Source: an uncultured Verrucomicrobiae bacterium (GTDB lineage Bacteria; Verrucomicrobiota; Verrucomicrobiia; Chthoniobacterales; UBA10450). Taken from it: DNA of 64,000 nucleotides. Below, in pieces: positions 17,884 to 27,899 of the stretch. The stretch is from the NCBI GenBank assembly GCA_963728955.1, contig CAVSMG010000019.1, forward strand, positions 104,275-168,274, in the 5' to 3' direction. Position 1 is the first letter of the stretch. Every line of letters begins with the position of its first letter. The notes under the pieces were generated by a model. The model was not told the DNA's origin and ran no database searches. It worked only from the letters and a program-made list of their open reading frames with translations. The translations under genes and the position numbers were made by a program.

Positions 17884-19614
17884 TTACTGTTGTGATGTTT
17901 TGTTTGCCGACGCGTTCCGCCGTAATGCCAGGCTCATGTGGATGCCGGCGACGGCCATGCCGCCTTCGCCGACCGCCGCGGCGCAACGTTTCACCGATCC
18001 GGAGCGCACGTCGCCTGCTGCAAAAATTCCCGGTAGACTGGTTTCAAGAGGGGCGGGCCGCCGTTTCCTTGCGAGCCACGCTGGTGCTTCAGTGACGTCC
18101 GAGCCGGTTTTGATAAATCCCTTCTCGTCGCACTCAATTTCCGGCGGTAACCACTCGGTGCATGGACGAGCCCCGATCATGGAGAACACGGCCGGCGTTT
18201 TGACCGTGCGACGCTCGCCCGTGCGCGTATTTTCCAATTCCACCTGCTCGAGCTTTTGGTCCCCGGAAAATTTTCGAATCTCTGTTCGATAAAGAATTTC
18301 GATATTGGGCTGCACCTGCACGCGGCGCGAAAGGTAGGCAGACATTTTTTTGGTAATGTCATCGCCACGAATAACGAGCAACACTTTCGCGGCGCCATCA
18401 GAAAGAAACATCGCCGCTTGTCCGGCCGAGTTGCCGCTGCCAATCACGATAACGGTTTCGTTACGGCAAATCTGACCTTCGAGTGCCGTTGCCGCGTAAT
18501 AAACTCCGACGCCTTCGAATCGCTCGCGATTGTCGGCGTCGATCCGGCGATAGTCGGCGCCCGTCGCGATCAGGACAGCTTTTGCGCGGAGTACCGCACC
18601 ACAACCTTCTGTCTCGAGACACGCACGGTACTCGCCGTCAGGGTTGTATTGCAGGGAGAGGGCTGCGGCTGGTGTGGAAAATTTCGCGCCGAAGCGGTAG
18701 GCCTGCAGCTGAGCAAGCCAGGTTAATTCGCCGCCACCAATGCCGGTCGGGAATCCAAAGAAGTTTTCAATAAGCGACGAAGAACCGGCCTGCCCGCCAG
18801 GCGCATAACTTTCCAGAACAACTGTCTTCAATCCCTCGGACGCGGCGTACACCGCTGCGGCGAGGCCGGCGGGTCCAGCGCCAACGATTGCGAGGTCGCA
18901 AAAAACTTCTGTTTCATTTTCTTCCGCGAGCGACCGCAGCAAGCCGGCTTCCCGGGCAACTTCCCGCAACGACGGCTTGCGCAAGCGCGCACCGGCCGGG
19001 GTGATCAAGACCGGCAAATCGCGAGTCGTTAGGTGAAAACGTTCGCTCAACGCCTGCCCCTGTTCGCTCTCAAATTCTACCAGCCGGTGCGGAATGCGAT
19101 TCTTGTCGAGGAAATCATCGAGCTGATGTCCGTCGCGCTCGAGGTGGCTGCCCAGAACACGCATGCCTGCAAATTCGCGATCGCGACGAAGTCGGCGTCG
19201 CCGCATGATCAACGCATCGACGATCGTCTTGCTTACGGCGGGAATCTCCGCCAGTGCGCGCCGAAGTTCGGCCGCAGGAATGTGAAGTATCTCGGCCTCA
19301 TCCGATGTGACTCTGGACGAACCGAGGATCGACGTGCCCTGCAGCATCGATATGTCGCCCATGAAATCACGCTCGCGCGCGATAGCCAGGTTATATTCGC
19401 TTTCGTCGCGCGTCTCGAACGCTTCGAGTTCGCCGCGCAAAACAATTGCTAGTCCGAGATCACGTTGCCCGGCCTTGAACAACACGTCGCCGCGTTTCAT
19501 CACGCGGCGTTCGCCCAAAGGCTCAAGTAGCGAAAGCTGATGATCGTTCAGTTTTGGAAATGCGATGCTTTCAGTATCGCGGTAGAACTGGTCGTCTTGC
19601 TCCTCGTCAGTCAC
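17884..19614 (-). CDS. Cyclic-nucleotide-binding domain fused to thioredoxin-reductase-like FAD/NAD(P) oxidoreductase
   Basis: The N-terminal cNMP-binding fold contains GDVLFKAGQRDLGLAIVLRGELEAF. The C-half has FAD motif AIVGAGPAGLAAAVYAA, NADPH motif VIGSGNSAGQAAMFL and GIFAAGDVR. The position of the TrxR CATC redox motif reads AATA. Confidence 0.85.
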   Translation of the reverse strand: MTDEEQDDQFYRDTESIAFPKLNDHQLSLLEPLGERRVMKRGDVLFKAGQRDLGLAIVLRGELEAFETRDESEYNLAIARERDFMGDISMLQGTSILGSSRVTSDEAEILHIPAAELRRALAEIPAVSKTIVDALIMRRRRLRRDREFAGMRVLGSHLERDGHQLDDFLDKNRIPHRLVEFESEQGQALSERFHLTTRDLPVLITPAGARLRKPSLREVAREAGLLRSLAEENETEVFCDLAIVGAGPAGLAAAVYAASEGLKTVVLESYAPGGQAGSSSLIENFFGFPTGIGGGELTWLAQLQAYRFGAKFSTPAAALSLQYNPDGEYRACLETEGCGAVLRAKAVLIATGADYRRIDADNRERFEGVGVYYAATALEGQICRNETVIVIGSGNSAGQAAMFLSDGAAKVLLVIRGDDITKKMSAYLSRRVQVQPNIEILYRTEIRKFSGDQKLEQVELENTRTGERRTVKTPAVFSMIGARPCTEWLPPEIECDEKGFIKTGSDVTEAPAWLARKRRPAPLETSLPGIFAAGDVRSGSVKRCAAAVGEGGMAVAGIHMSLALRRNASANKTSQQ

Positions 19615-19741
19615 ATGGGCATTCTACTCGCCGGCTTGTAGACCTCAAAACCTGGATCGATACTACCGGCGTTTGAACGATTCGTGTCTCGGGAAATTGT
19701 TGTTTCGTCTTGGCGTTCTCGGGGACACATTGAAAAGTTCG

Positions 19742-20666
19742 ATGCCGAGACGCACTTACGAATTTGTTCAGGTTGACGTATTCACGCAGACGCCGCTGAC
19801 GGGTAATCCACTGGCTATCTTCAATGATGCTCGGGGATTAAATGATGCCGAGATGCAAGCGTTGGCGCGCGAGATGAATCTTTCGGAGACAACTTTCGTT
19901 TTTCCGCGCGATGCCGCCACTGAAACTCGGGACGGAAAAAAAGTCCGCATCTTCACGGTGGAGGAGGAGTTGCCGTTTGCAGGACATCCGACGCTTGGCA
20001 CGGCGTTGGCCTTGTACGCGTCTGAGTCTGATTCAATCAAACCTGTCCAGATCACCCTTGACTTGAAAGCGGGGAAGATTCCGGTGCGCTTCAGTCCGAA
20101 CCTGGACAATGCCGGCCGTAATCGCGTGGACGGACAGGTGTTCGGGGAAATGCGTCAACGCAATCCGGAAATTCGGAACTACGCTCTCACGAGAGGAGGT
20201 CGCTCGCGTCATTGGAATCGCCGTTGAGGAGATTCCTCCGGAATGGCCAATACAGTCTGTTTCGACAGGATTGACCTTTACGGTTGTGCCGTTCCGCAGT
20301 CAGCAGTCGCTCGGCGGTTTGAAGTTTACTTATGCGCAGGCGGCGGAATTTCTGAAGAAGACCGGTGCTAACTTCTTTTACTTTCTGTGTCCCGAACGGC
20401 GCGAAGACCACCTCGAAGTTCGAGCTCGAATGTTTTTCTATGGTGGGGAAGATCCTGCAACAGGCTCCGCGGCGGGCTGCGCAGCGAGTTGGATGGTCCG
20501 ACACGGAGTCGCCAAGAGTGATGAGCAGGTAGTGATTCGTCAGGGCATCGAGTGCCATCGCGCAAGCGAGATGTATGTCCGGGCAAAGCGGGAAGGGGAG
20601 TGCATCACTGACGTCCGCGTAGGCGGCTATGCCGTTGAAATTCTGCGCGGAACCGTGGTGCTGTGA
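19742..20666 (+). pseudogene. PhzF-family isomerase, one frameshift
   Basis: ORFs 19673-20227 and 20109-20666 together make a full PhzF fold (FVQVDVFT...GNPLAIF ... EDPATGSAAG). The frames rejoin as NPE-FGTTLSREE if one A of GGAAATTC (20169-20171) is removed. Confidence 0.8.
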
Positions 20667-20763
20667 GGAAACGCCCTTGTCGCCCGACGCGAAGCTCGCA
20701 TTAAACTGGCCGCGAAGAGTGAGCACCTTGCTAAGAGGTTTGGTTTTGCCGTATCCATAAAAC

Positions 20764-22359
20764 ATGGGGGCAGTTCTTCAAGAACCTTGTGACGAAAACG
20801 TAATTCGATCCGGGACGGCGACGGCGCCATGTTCGAAAGTTCGCGGTCGTTGGATTCTCGCCGCAACCGTTCTCGCGTCGAGCATGGCGTTTATCGATGG
20901 GACGGTCGTGAATGTGGCGCTGCCCGCGCTGCAAACGAATCTCAACGCCACGGCGGTGGATGTGCAATGGGTGATCGAGTCGTACGCGCTTTTTCTCTCT
21001 GCATTGCTGCTGGTCGGCGGCTCGTTAGGCGATCATTACGGACGTCGTCGCATCTTTTTGCTGGGTATTGTGATTTTTGCGGTTGCATCGGCGCATGCGG
21101 TCTTGCCGAAAATATTCGTCAATTGATCGTGGCCCGCGCGTTTCAGGGATGTGGCGCGGCACTTCTCGTTCCGGGGAGCCTTGCGATCATCAGTAATTCT
21201 TTCTCCGAGCAGGAACGTGGACGCGCAATTGGAGTATGGTCGGGCTTCAGCGCCATCACTACGGCAATTGGGCCCGTTCTCGGCGGATGGCTGATCGAGC
21301 ACGTTTCATGGCGCGCTGTGTTTTTCATCAATCTTCCGCTGGCCCTTGTTGTGATATTGATCTCGCTCCGCTACGTCGCAGAAAACTCGAACAGAGAACG
21401 GACTCGCGTCGACTGGCTTGGCGCAATCTTGGCCGCACTCGGTTTGGGCGCACTGGTTTACGGATTGATCGAATCCTCCCAAGCCGGTTTTAAGAATCAC
21501 ACAGTGATTATCGTTCTCACGGCAGGCATTGTCGTTTTGATCCTGTTTTTGTTTGTCCAGTTTCGTTTGTCGCAACCAATGTTGCCGCTGGACATTGTTT
21601 CGGTCTCGAACATTCGCCGGAACGAATTTCTTAACGTTTCTGCTTTATGCTGCGCTCGGGGGAACGCTTTTTTTCCTGCCGTTGAATCTGATTCAGGTTC
21701 AGCGCTATTCGCCGACTGCAGCTGGCGCGGCGCTATTGCCGTTCATATTGATCATGTCTTTTCTTTCGCGTTGGTCTGGTGGACTCGTTGCGCATTACGG
21801 TCCCAAGACTTCCGCTTGTCGTTGGACCAGTGATAGCGGCGGTGGGGTATTCGCTTTTCCTGGTGCCTGGGAATCGGGGGCAGTTACTGGACACAATTTT
21901 TTCCAGAGGTGGTTGTTTTGGGCCTGGGCATGGCCATCACCGTAGCGCCACTCACCACGACCGTCATGAGTTCGATCGCGCAAGACCGCGCCGGGATCGC
22001 ATCGGGCGTAAACAATGCCGTGGCGCGGACGGTCGAGCCTGATCGCGATTGCAGTGCTTGGAGTCGTGATGCTCCATGTGTTCAAAACAAATCTGGATCA
22101 CAGATTGAGCACTACGAATTTGCCGGCGTCAGTCGCGCAATCGCTGCAAACTCAATCGATAAAGCTCGCGGCCATCGATATTCCGGAAAATCTTAGCGCG
22201 GGAACACAACAGCTAATCCGTCGGGCAATCAACGAATCATTCGTCTCCGGGTTTCGGTCGGTCATGCTCATTGGGGCCGCGCTCGCCGCTGTAAGCGGAG
22301 TTACTGCGCTGTTTTGGATTAGAGTAACACCGCGCGTGCGCGCTGCTGAGAAAAGCTAA
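20764..22359 (+). pseudogene. MFS transporter (DHA2/EmrB-like, 14-TM type), at least 5 frameshifts
   Basis: Sensible MFS sequence hops through ORFs 20764, 20829, 21553, 21779, 21909 and 22015 (frames 1-0-1-2-0-1). Examples are FIDGTVVNVALPALQ, LIVARAFQGCGAALLVP and [20 protein letters not shown]. Confidence 0.8.
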
Positions 22360-22413
22360 TATCGACGCCCGGAAGAAAATCCTCACGAACAGACCGGCAA
22401 TTTCCTGAGCGGC

Positions 22414-22833
22414 TCATGTACGCCCGGAATTATTCGGACTTGAACGGTCCTTCGAAAAATACTCTCGGAAAGCGAACCTCCCCTCTTTGCTTCCGCCCCG
22501 GATGCGCAAACTGCAATGTGCTCGAGGGATGTTTGCCACCAGCAAAGCATTTCGTGGGTCGTGTTCTTCGCACTTTCTCATTTCGAACAGGGCGCGCTCC
22601 CATCTACCTTGGTGGTGATAAGTGCAAGTGAACGGCTCAAGAGCTTGCACATTGTTCGGTTGCAGTTCGAGGGCGCGTCGAAATTCTCTAAAGGCATCGT
22701 CATACTGCCGTTTTCCGAAATAGTAAAAACTACCAAGCGCGATGTGCTCCGCCGCGACTAATCCGGAGAACTCCGATCCGCAAAAGTCTGGGTTTATGGC
22801 CCGGTGCCATCCGCCACTGCCGGCGTTACGCAA
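22414..22833 (-). CDS. TPR-repeat fragment protein (possibly a gene remnant)
   Basis: Two TPR-like units (GSFYYFGKRQYDDAFREFRRALELQPNN; YHHQGRWERALFEMRKCEEHDPRN). It overlaps the upstream AAA+ gene by 40 nt and has no clear N- or C-terminal context. Confidence 0.35.
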   Translation of the reverse strand: MRNAGSGGWHRAINPDFCGSEFSGLVAAEHIALGSFYYFGKRQYDDAFREFRRALELQPNNVQALEPFTCTYHHQGRWERALFEMRKCEEHDPRNALLVANIPRAHCSLRIRGGSKEGRFAFREYFSKDRSSPNNSGRT

Positions 22834-23804
22834 ACATTTCCGTTTTCTACATCGACGCGGACCCGTTTGGCTCCCGATTCCTTCGCGTCGATGAATTGGT
22901 TGGCAAAGAGATCGAACAGGATGCGTTCGAGTTCACGAATACCGAAGCGGCTCACTTTTTCATTTGCCATCAGCGCACGCATGATCAATTCAGGGGCGAC
23001 GAATTGCACTTCCAGTCCATACTCGCGTGCGAGCTTGGAAATTTTTAGAAGTGCAATTTCCGCCACGACCATTCCCGCGAGCGGACGGAAGACATAGACC
23101 TTGTCGATGCGTCCGAGAATTTCGGGCCGGAACACTTTGGCTTCGGCGAGTTCACCTTTTACAGCGTTAAGCATTTCGTGGTAATCGGTCATCTCGGTCT
23201 GGATCTTGCCGATCGCTTCCGCGTGCGCATTACTCGTTAGGATAAAAAGGCATTGTGTGTAGTTCACGGCTTTACCGCTGCCTTGTTCGGTCAGGCGGCC
23301 TTCGCCGAGCAATTGCAGGAAAAGATCGAAGACGGGCGGATACGCCTTTTCAATTTCGTCGAAGAGAATGAGGCGGCGCGGGTTGGCCATGACAGGGCGC
23401 GTGAGTTGGCCGCCTTGTTCGCTGCCGATGTAACCGGTGGGCGTGCCGACGAGGCGTGTCTTCGCTTCTGGTCCGCTCAACTCCGAGCAATCGAAACGCA
23501 GCATTGCGTTTTCGTCCTTAAACAAATATTCCGCGACCGCTTTCGCCAGCTCCGTTTTGCCGGTGCCAGTTGGGCCGAGGAAAAGAAGATTTGCGATCGG
23601 CTTGTCCTTTTGTTTCTTGGCCGCTTGCAAACGAATCAGCTTCGCGACGTCTTCAAGGATCGCGTCCTGACCTTTGACTCGTGAGCGCAAATGTGCGAGC
23701 AGCGCCGCTTCATCGATTTTTGTGCCGGTGGTTTCGTCCGCCTTTTTCTCCAGCATCGCCTTGAGCTGGTTCCAGTCGGTCATGTTTTCGATTGGGTCCG
23801 CCAT
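22794..23804 (-). CDS. Soluble AAA+ ATPase, ClpA/ClpB D2-module-like
   Basis: GQDAILEDV..., Walker A GPTGTGKT, pore-loop-like GTPTGYIGSEQGG, Walker B RLILFDEIEKA, sensor-1 FILTSN, and sensor-2-like FGIRELERI. Confidence 0.85.
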   Translation of the reverse strand: MADPIENMTDWNQLKAMLEKKADETTGTKIDEAALLAHLRSRVKGQDAILEDVAKLIRLQAAKKQKDKPIANLLFLGPTGTGKTELAKAVAEYLFKDENAMLRFDCSELSGPEAKTRLVGTPTGYIGSEQGGQLTRPVMANPRRLILFDEIEKAYPPVFDLFLQLLGEGRLTEQGSGKAVNYTQCLFILTSNAHAEAIGKIQTEMTDYHEMLNAVKGELAEAKVFRPEILGRIDKVYVFRPLAGMVVAEIALLKISKLAREYGLEVQFVAPELIMRALMANEKVSRFGIRELERILFDLFANQFIDAKESGAKRVRVDVENGNVCVTPAVADGTGP

Positions 23805-23863
23805 GGTCGTAAGGTTAATCCCACTTAAATCGTGAGCTAGCTCGAAATTTTCAGCTGTTGCTC

Positions 23864-25600
23864 TCAGCGCTCCAAGCGCACGGTTCCGCCCGATTCGTGC
23901 CAGGTGTTTTGCTTATTACCTCCTAGAAAGCCGCCTTTCATCACCAGCAGCGCACCGCGGCAGGCGCCCACACCGAAAACGGAATTCCCGCGGACGGTGC
24001 AGTTGCTCAGAAAAACCGATCCTCGTTTTTGCGGGTCGTTAGGCAAACCGGCCTGGGCGCCGCGCGTCGTTGCTTCCATCGTGCACCCGGATGCCGTGAT
24101 CGTGGCGCCGAGGTTCGCGTCCAATCCCATGGACTTGCAGCCGGTAATCGTACTGTTCGTTATTTTTCCCTGAGACCCGCTGTCCTGCACTTCGACGCCG
24201 ACGACGTCGCTATTGGCGACCTGGCAAGATTCCATGTCCAATTGGCTGCCGCTCCTAACGAAGATGGCGTCGCCATGGGCGCCGTTGATGTGTACATTAT
24301 TCAATACCGCCTGGGCGGCAGAAGTATTGGCAAAGCCAAGTGAGAGCGCGCTGAGATTCGAGTTCGTGATCGTCGTCTCCACCATTTTTAGATTCGCGCC
24401 GCCGCTCACATTGAAAGCATCGTTGAGCGAATCCGAAATCGTGGAACCCATCACAGTTACGGTCGTGCCCTGATCGTTGGCGCCCACCGCGTTGCAGTAG
24501 GATTTTAATTTCTGATTCTCCGTCACGAGTCCTGTCCGGCGCATTTGGGCGCGCTCGAGAAGGAGACTGCTGCCGGCGAGCGCGACAAGCCCCTGGCGAT
24601 TGTCTTCGAAAACGTTGTCCTTAAGGGAAACTCTCGAGCCATGCTGCGCGCAGATCATTCCCCAGCTTGTATTCTCTCCTTCGCCGGTAACGCCGTTGTT
24701 GCGAAAAGTGCTGCCGGTCAAATGCAGCGTGCCTCCTTCGTCGGCCATGATCGTTGCGGTATTGCCATCGAATTGACAGGCATCGAGCGTGAGCGACGCG
24801 CGACCGACCACGCCAAGCGTAAGACCGAGTCCGTTAACGAGTCCGATTTGCTGGAACGAGCAACTGCTTCCCTGCACTTGCGCCGCATTGATCACTTCCA
24901 ATCCCCAACGGCCCGCGAGAAAACTACAATGATTGAGTGTGCCCTGCGCAGTGCCTTGATACTTCAAGCAACAGCCGGCGTTGACAGCGCGAAACTGCGT
25001 TCCTTGCGCGGTGAGCGACGCACTTTCGCTGACCAAAATCCCAAACTTGCTTTGCGTGGTCATTGCGCAATTCGTCATTTCAACGGCTGCCTCGCGCGAA
25101 ATTTGCACGGCAGGAGAATCGCCCGCCGCTTCAAAACTCAGCGAGACGTTTTCGAATCCTACTTTCTTTCCGGAAATCGTAAGTCCGGCTCGCTGCGCAT
25201 CGACTCCGCGAATAGTCGCAACGCCTTTTCCCGAAGCCGGTCCGACGAAACGTGCGCTGACGTTCACTTCGAAATTACCGGTGTAGGTTCCCGCTCGCAG
25301 ATTCACCACATCGCCGTCGGACAAACTTGCCGCCACGGTTTCAATGTCACCGTTATCGGCATCGCGCGCGCCCGAAGAATCGACGATCCATTGTCCGCGC
25401 TTTTTCGCTTTTATTTTCGTGATTGCCTGCCGTGAAACACGTGCCAAAGGTGAAGGGCCTGGCATCGGCGTTCCGTTACCGCCGACAATATCCGAACCTG
25501 GTTTCTGCGTAATATTATAAATCATCACGCCGCCGGAGAGCGCCGCCACGAGCAGGCACAATTGAAACCACTGGTTTTGCAGCAGAGCGCGCCAGTTCAT
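23864..25600 (-). CDS. Membrane-anchored right-handed parallel beta-helix repeat protein
   Basis: N-terminal TM (WFQLCLLVAALSGGVMIY) followed by about 500 aa of PbH1-like repeats rich in G/N/S/T-x-hydrophobic rungs (for example NCAMTT..., NHCSFLA..., STFRNNG..., SNCTVRGN). The start overlaps the stop of the upstream gene (TAATG). Confidence 0.8.
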   Translation of the reverse strand: MNWRALLQNQWFQLCLLVAALSGGVMIYNITQKPGSDIVGGNGTPMPGPSPLARVSRQAITKIKAKKRGQWIVDSSGARDADNGDIETVAASLSDGDVVNLRAGTYTGNFEVNVSARFVGPASGKGVATIRGVDAQRAGLTISGKKVGFENVSLSFEAAGDSPAVQISREAAVEMTNCAMTTQSKFGILVSESASLTAQGTQFRAVNAGCCLKYQGTAQGTLNHCSFLAGRWGLEVINAAQVQGSSCSFQQIGLVNGLGLTLGVVGRASLTLDACQFDGNTATIMADEGGTLHLTGSTFRNNGVTGEGENTSWGMICAQHGSRVSLKDNVFEDNRQGLVALAGSSLLLERAQMRRTGLVTENQKLKSYCNAVGANDQGTTVTVMGSTISDSLNDAFNVSGGANLKMVETTITNSNLSALSLGFANTSAAQAVLNNVHINGAHGDAIFVRSGSQLDMESCQVANSDVVGVEVQDSGSQGKITNSTITGCKSMGLDANLGATITASGCTMEATTRGAQAGLPNDPQKRGSVFLSNCTVRGNSVFGVGACRGALLVMKGGFLGGNKQNTWHESGGTVRLER

Positions 25601-26760
25601 TATTCTGGCGCGACCGAAATTTCGAGATTGCCATTGGCGCCGACGATCAAATCTACTTTCTTCACGCCGCGCGCGCGTGCCTGGCCGATGGCCGCGCTTG
25701 TTTTCATCTGCACGTAAGCGCCGAGTTGGCGCACGCCGTATTGCTTAAATTCTTCATTGCGTTGCACGGCGTCGAGGATCAACTCCGGCGCCGCGTGTTT
25801 GATCTCGATTCCGTAAGTGCGCCAATGACGCGCGAGTTGCAGGCACGCAACCTCCGCAACGTGTAGCGGCGAAAGTTCGTCCATGAAATAAATCGCCGAC
25901 CAGCGTGCCAGAAACGCGCGGTCGAATCCGGCTGCGTCCACGAGAGCATCGCGACTTTGTCCGAGCCAACTAACAGGATCGGGTTTTCCATCGCGGCGCA
26001 ATGCGCGCAAAGCTTCAACACCAGCGTTGCAGGTCGCAAAAAAAACGCAGCCGCTAAAATCCACGGTGCGTCCCGAACTTTTTTCGCGGCAACTCGCTGT
26101 GTCCAGAATGTCATAAAGACAATGCTGCAAATCGCGGTGCGCTTTTTCCAATTCGTCGAAAATAATGACGCGCCGCGGATTTTCCAGCACCGGCCGCGTG
26201 AGCGTGCCGCCAACTTCATATCCCGGAGTGCCCGGCGGCGGACCGATCAACGTGAAAACATCGTCGCCATGTTTGTATTGATTCATCCGCAGAATGATCG
26301 GCTCCGATTCGGGATAAACCGCCTCAGCGATGAGCTGGCCGAGAAAAGTTTTTCCGGTGCCTGTTGGCCCAACGAGAAAAAAAGCGCCCAGGGTTCGTCC
26401 CGGAGTTGCGAGCGCAAGATTGGCCTGCAACTCAGCCAGAATCGAATCGACCGTTTCATCCTGACCGCGCACATTTTCCTTCAACCACGGTGCGAACGAA
26501 CTGAGATTGGTCGTCGCAAGTTGCGTGTAATCGAGTGCCTTCGCTTCTGCTTTCTCGGCGTTCCACTGCTGCCACGCCAGCCAGCCCATTCCGGCTAGCG
26601 CCGCGAAGAAAAATAACGGCGCGAAAGCATGACTCGCTTTGTTCAGTCCGAAAATGGCGCCGGCGATGGTGATCGCGAGCATCACCAGCAAATAAGGGTT
26701 TTTCAAAATCTCTTCGTGGCTTTCGCGCTTCACGATCTTGATCACGCGGCCCGGTTGCAT
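25600..26760 (-). CDS. Membrane-anchored AAA+ ATPase, ClpB D2-module-like, with two N-terminal TM helices
   Basis: TM helices (YLLVMLAITIAGAIFGL; FAPLFFFAALAGMGWLAW) precede RGQDETVDSI, Walker A GPTGTGKT, GPPPGTPGYEVGG, Walker B RVIIFDELEKA, FFATCN and YGVRQLGAY. Confidence 0.85.
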   Translation of the reverse strand: MQPGRVIKIVKRESHEEILKNPYLLVMLAITIAGAIFGLNKASHAFAPLFFFAALAGMGWLAWQQWNAEKAEAKALDYTQLATTNLSSFAPWLKENVRGQDETVDSILAELQANLALATPGRTLGAFFLVGPTGTGKTFLGQLIAEAVYPESEPIILRMNQYKHGDDVFTLIGPPPGTPGYEVGGTLTRPVLENPRRVIIFDELEKAHRDLQHCLYDILDTASCREKSSGRTVDFSGCVFFATCNAGVEALRALRRDGKPDPVSWLGQSRDALVDAAGFDRAFLARWSAIYFMDELSPLHVAEVACLQLARHWRTYGIEIKHAAPELILDAVQRNEEFKQYGVRQLGAYVQMKTSAAIGQARARGVKKVDLIVGANGNLEISVAPE

Positions 26761-26762
26761 AT

Positions 26763-27485
26763 TTATCGCGCGATTACCTCCAGGTCGGCGCTGTCACCCG
26801 CGGCCATTGGTCGCGTCGTAACAACGCCGCCGTTGACCGATTTCACCCAGCAACTCACCACACCGTTCGGTCCCGCTTGTTCGGCTGTGAAATGAAAATG
26901 AGTCGGCGCGCCCGGTCCGGCCGGAAACGTCGTGCCCTGCGGCCGTTCCGCTGTTAGCAAATCTTCGCCCAGAAAAACGCCGCCACTCGAAACGCGTGCG
27001 TGCACAAGAATGCCGCTCTGGTTTTGTTGGAGGAGACGTTTTGTGTAGAGACTCTCTTTGCCGGAAAGAATGTTCTGACGCGTCGCGGCGTCCGCATTTG
27101 CCAGTACCGGCGGAATTTCTCCACGTGCCAATGCTGCGCGCGCAGCATCGGTCGCGGCGTAGTCGATATCGGCTGGAGTCAAAGTCAGGATCTGCTCCTG
27201 CTGCACCGCAGTCCACGGGTGCATCCAATGGGGCAGCACTTCTTGCTTCCAAACAAATCCGGAAACAAGCGCCGCCGCAATGAATGCAACCGCCAGTAAA
27301 CGCATGCGCCTTTTCTTTCTGCTGCTCGTTACCGGCGGTGTGGCGCCGATCTGCGGTTTTTCCGTATAAGCTTTTCCGCGCGTCCTGACTCCGGAATCTG
27401 CAATTCCGCGTGCACGCGTGCCCGGATCCAGATGCGCCCCGCGCCGTATTTCCGGTTCCAACGGATCAGGATTCGACTCCATCAT
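26763..27485 (-). CDS. Hypothetical single-pass membrane protein, first gene of the AAA+/beta-helix cassette
   Basis: 240-aa ORF with a charged N-region, a TM (LLAVAFIAAALVSGFVW) and a 160-aa extracytoplasmic domain. It ends 2 nt before the next gene's start. Confidence 0.6.
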   Translation of the reverse strand: MMESNPDPLEPEIRRGAHLDPGTRARGIADSGVRTRGKAYTEKPQIGATPPVTSSRKKRRMRLLAVAFIAAALVSGFVWKQEVLPHWMHPWTAVQQEQILTLTPADIDYAATDAARAALARGEIPPVLANADAATRQNILSGKESLYTKRLLQQNQSGILVHARVSSGGVFLGEDLLTAERPQGTTFPAGPGAPTHFHFTAEQAGPNGVVSCWVKSVNGGVVTTRPMAAGDSADLEVIAR

Positions 27486-27899
27486 TTGGAGCCAATGGAA
27501 TATCCTGTGCAGGATTGGATTTCAATAAAAAACCCGAGCATCTCCATGATTCAAAGATTCAATGTTGTTCGCGAGGGCGAATATCTTTTACGCCGAGCTT
27601 GTCAGGACTAAGATGGTTGGCGGAGTTCAGCGGTTAGATGCACGATAAGAAACGGCTCAATAGGAGTACTGCCTTTCGAACTTCACTGCCATTGATCATT
27701 GTAATCTCATCAGCCATTCTCGCGCATTTGCAACGTCGGCCGTCGTTAGCTCGACTGTTCTTTCTCCTGCGTTTCAACAAGAAATGAGCGTGCTGGTCTT
27801 CAGATGCCAAACTGATCCATGAAACAGAGCCACGCATCGCCGCAAAGGACGGCAGACTCGGAGTTAATGGTGCGACAGATTTTTAAAGAGCGGGTTTTG

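Noticed and set aside
27486-27899. ORFs 27634-27837, 27800-27991 and 27819-28106 lie in the AT-richer region upstream of the AAA+/beta-helix cassette.
   Set aside because: They are short, have no motifs, and partly overlap the trpS 3' end. The region is more likely a promoter/leader, though a small regulatory gene cannot be excluded.
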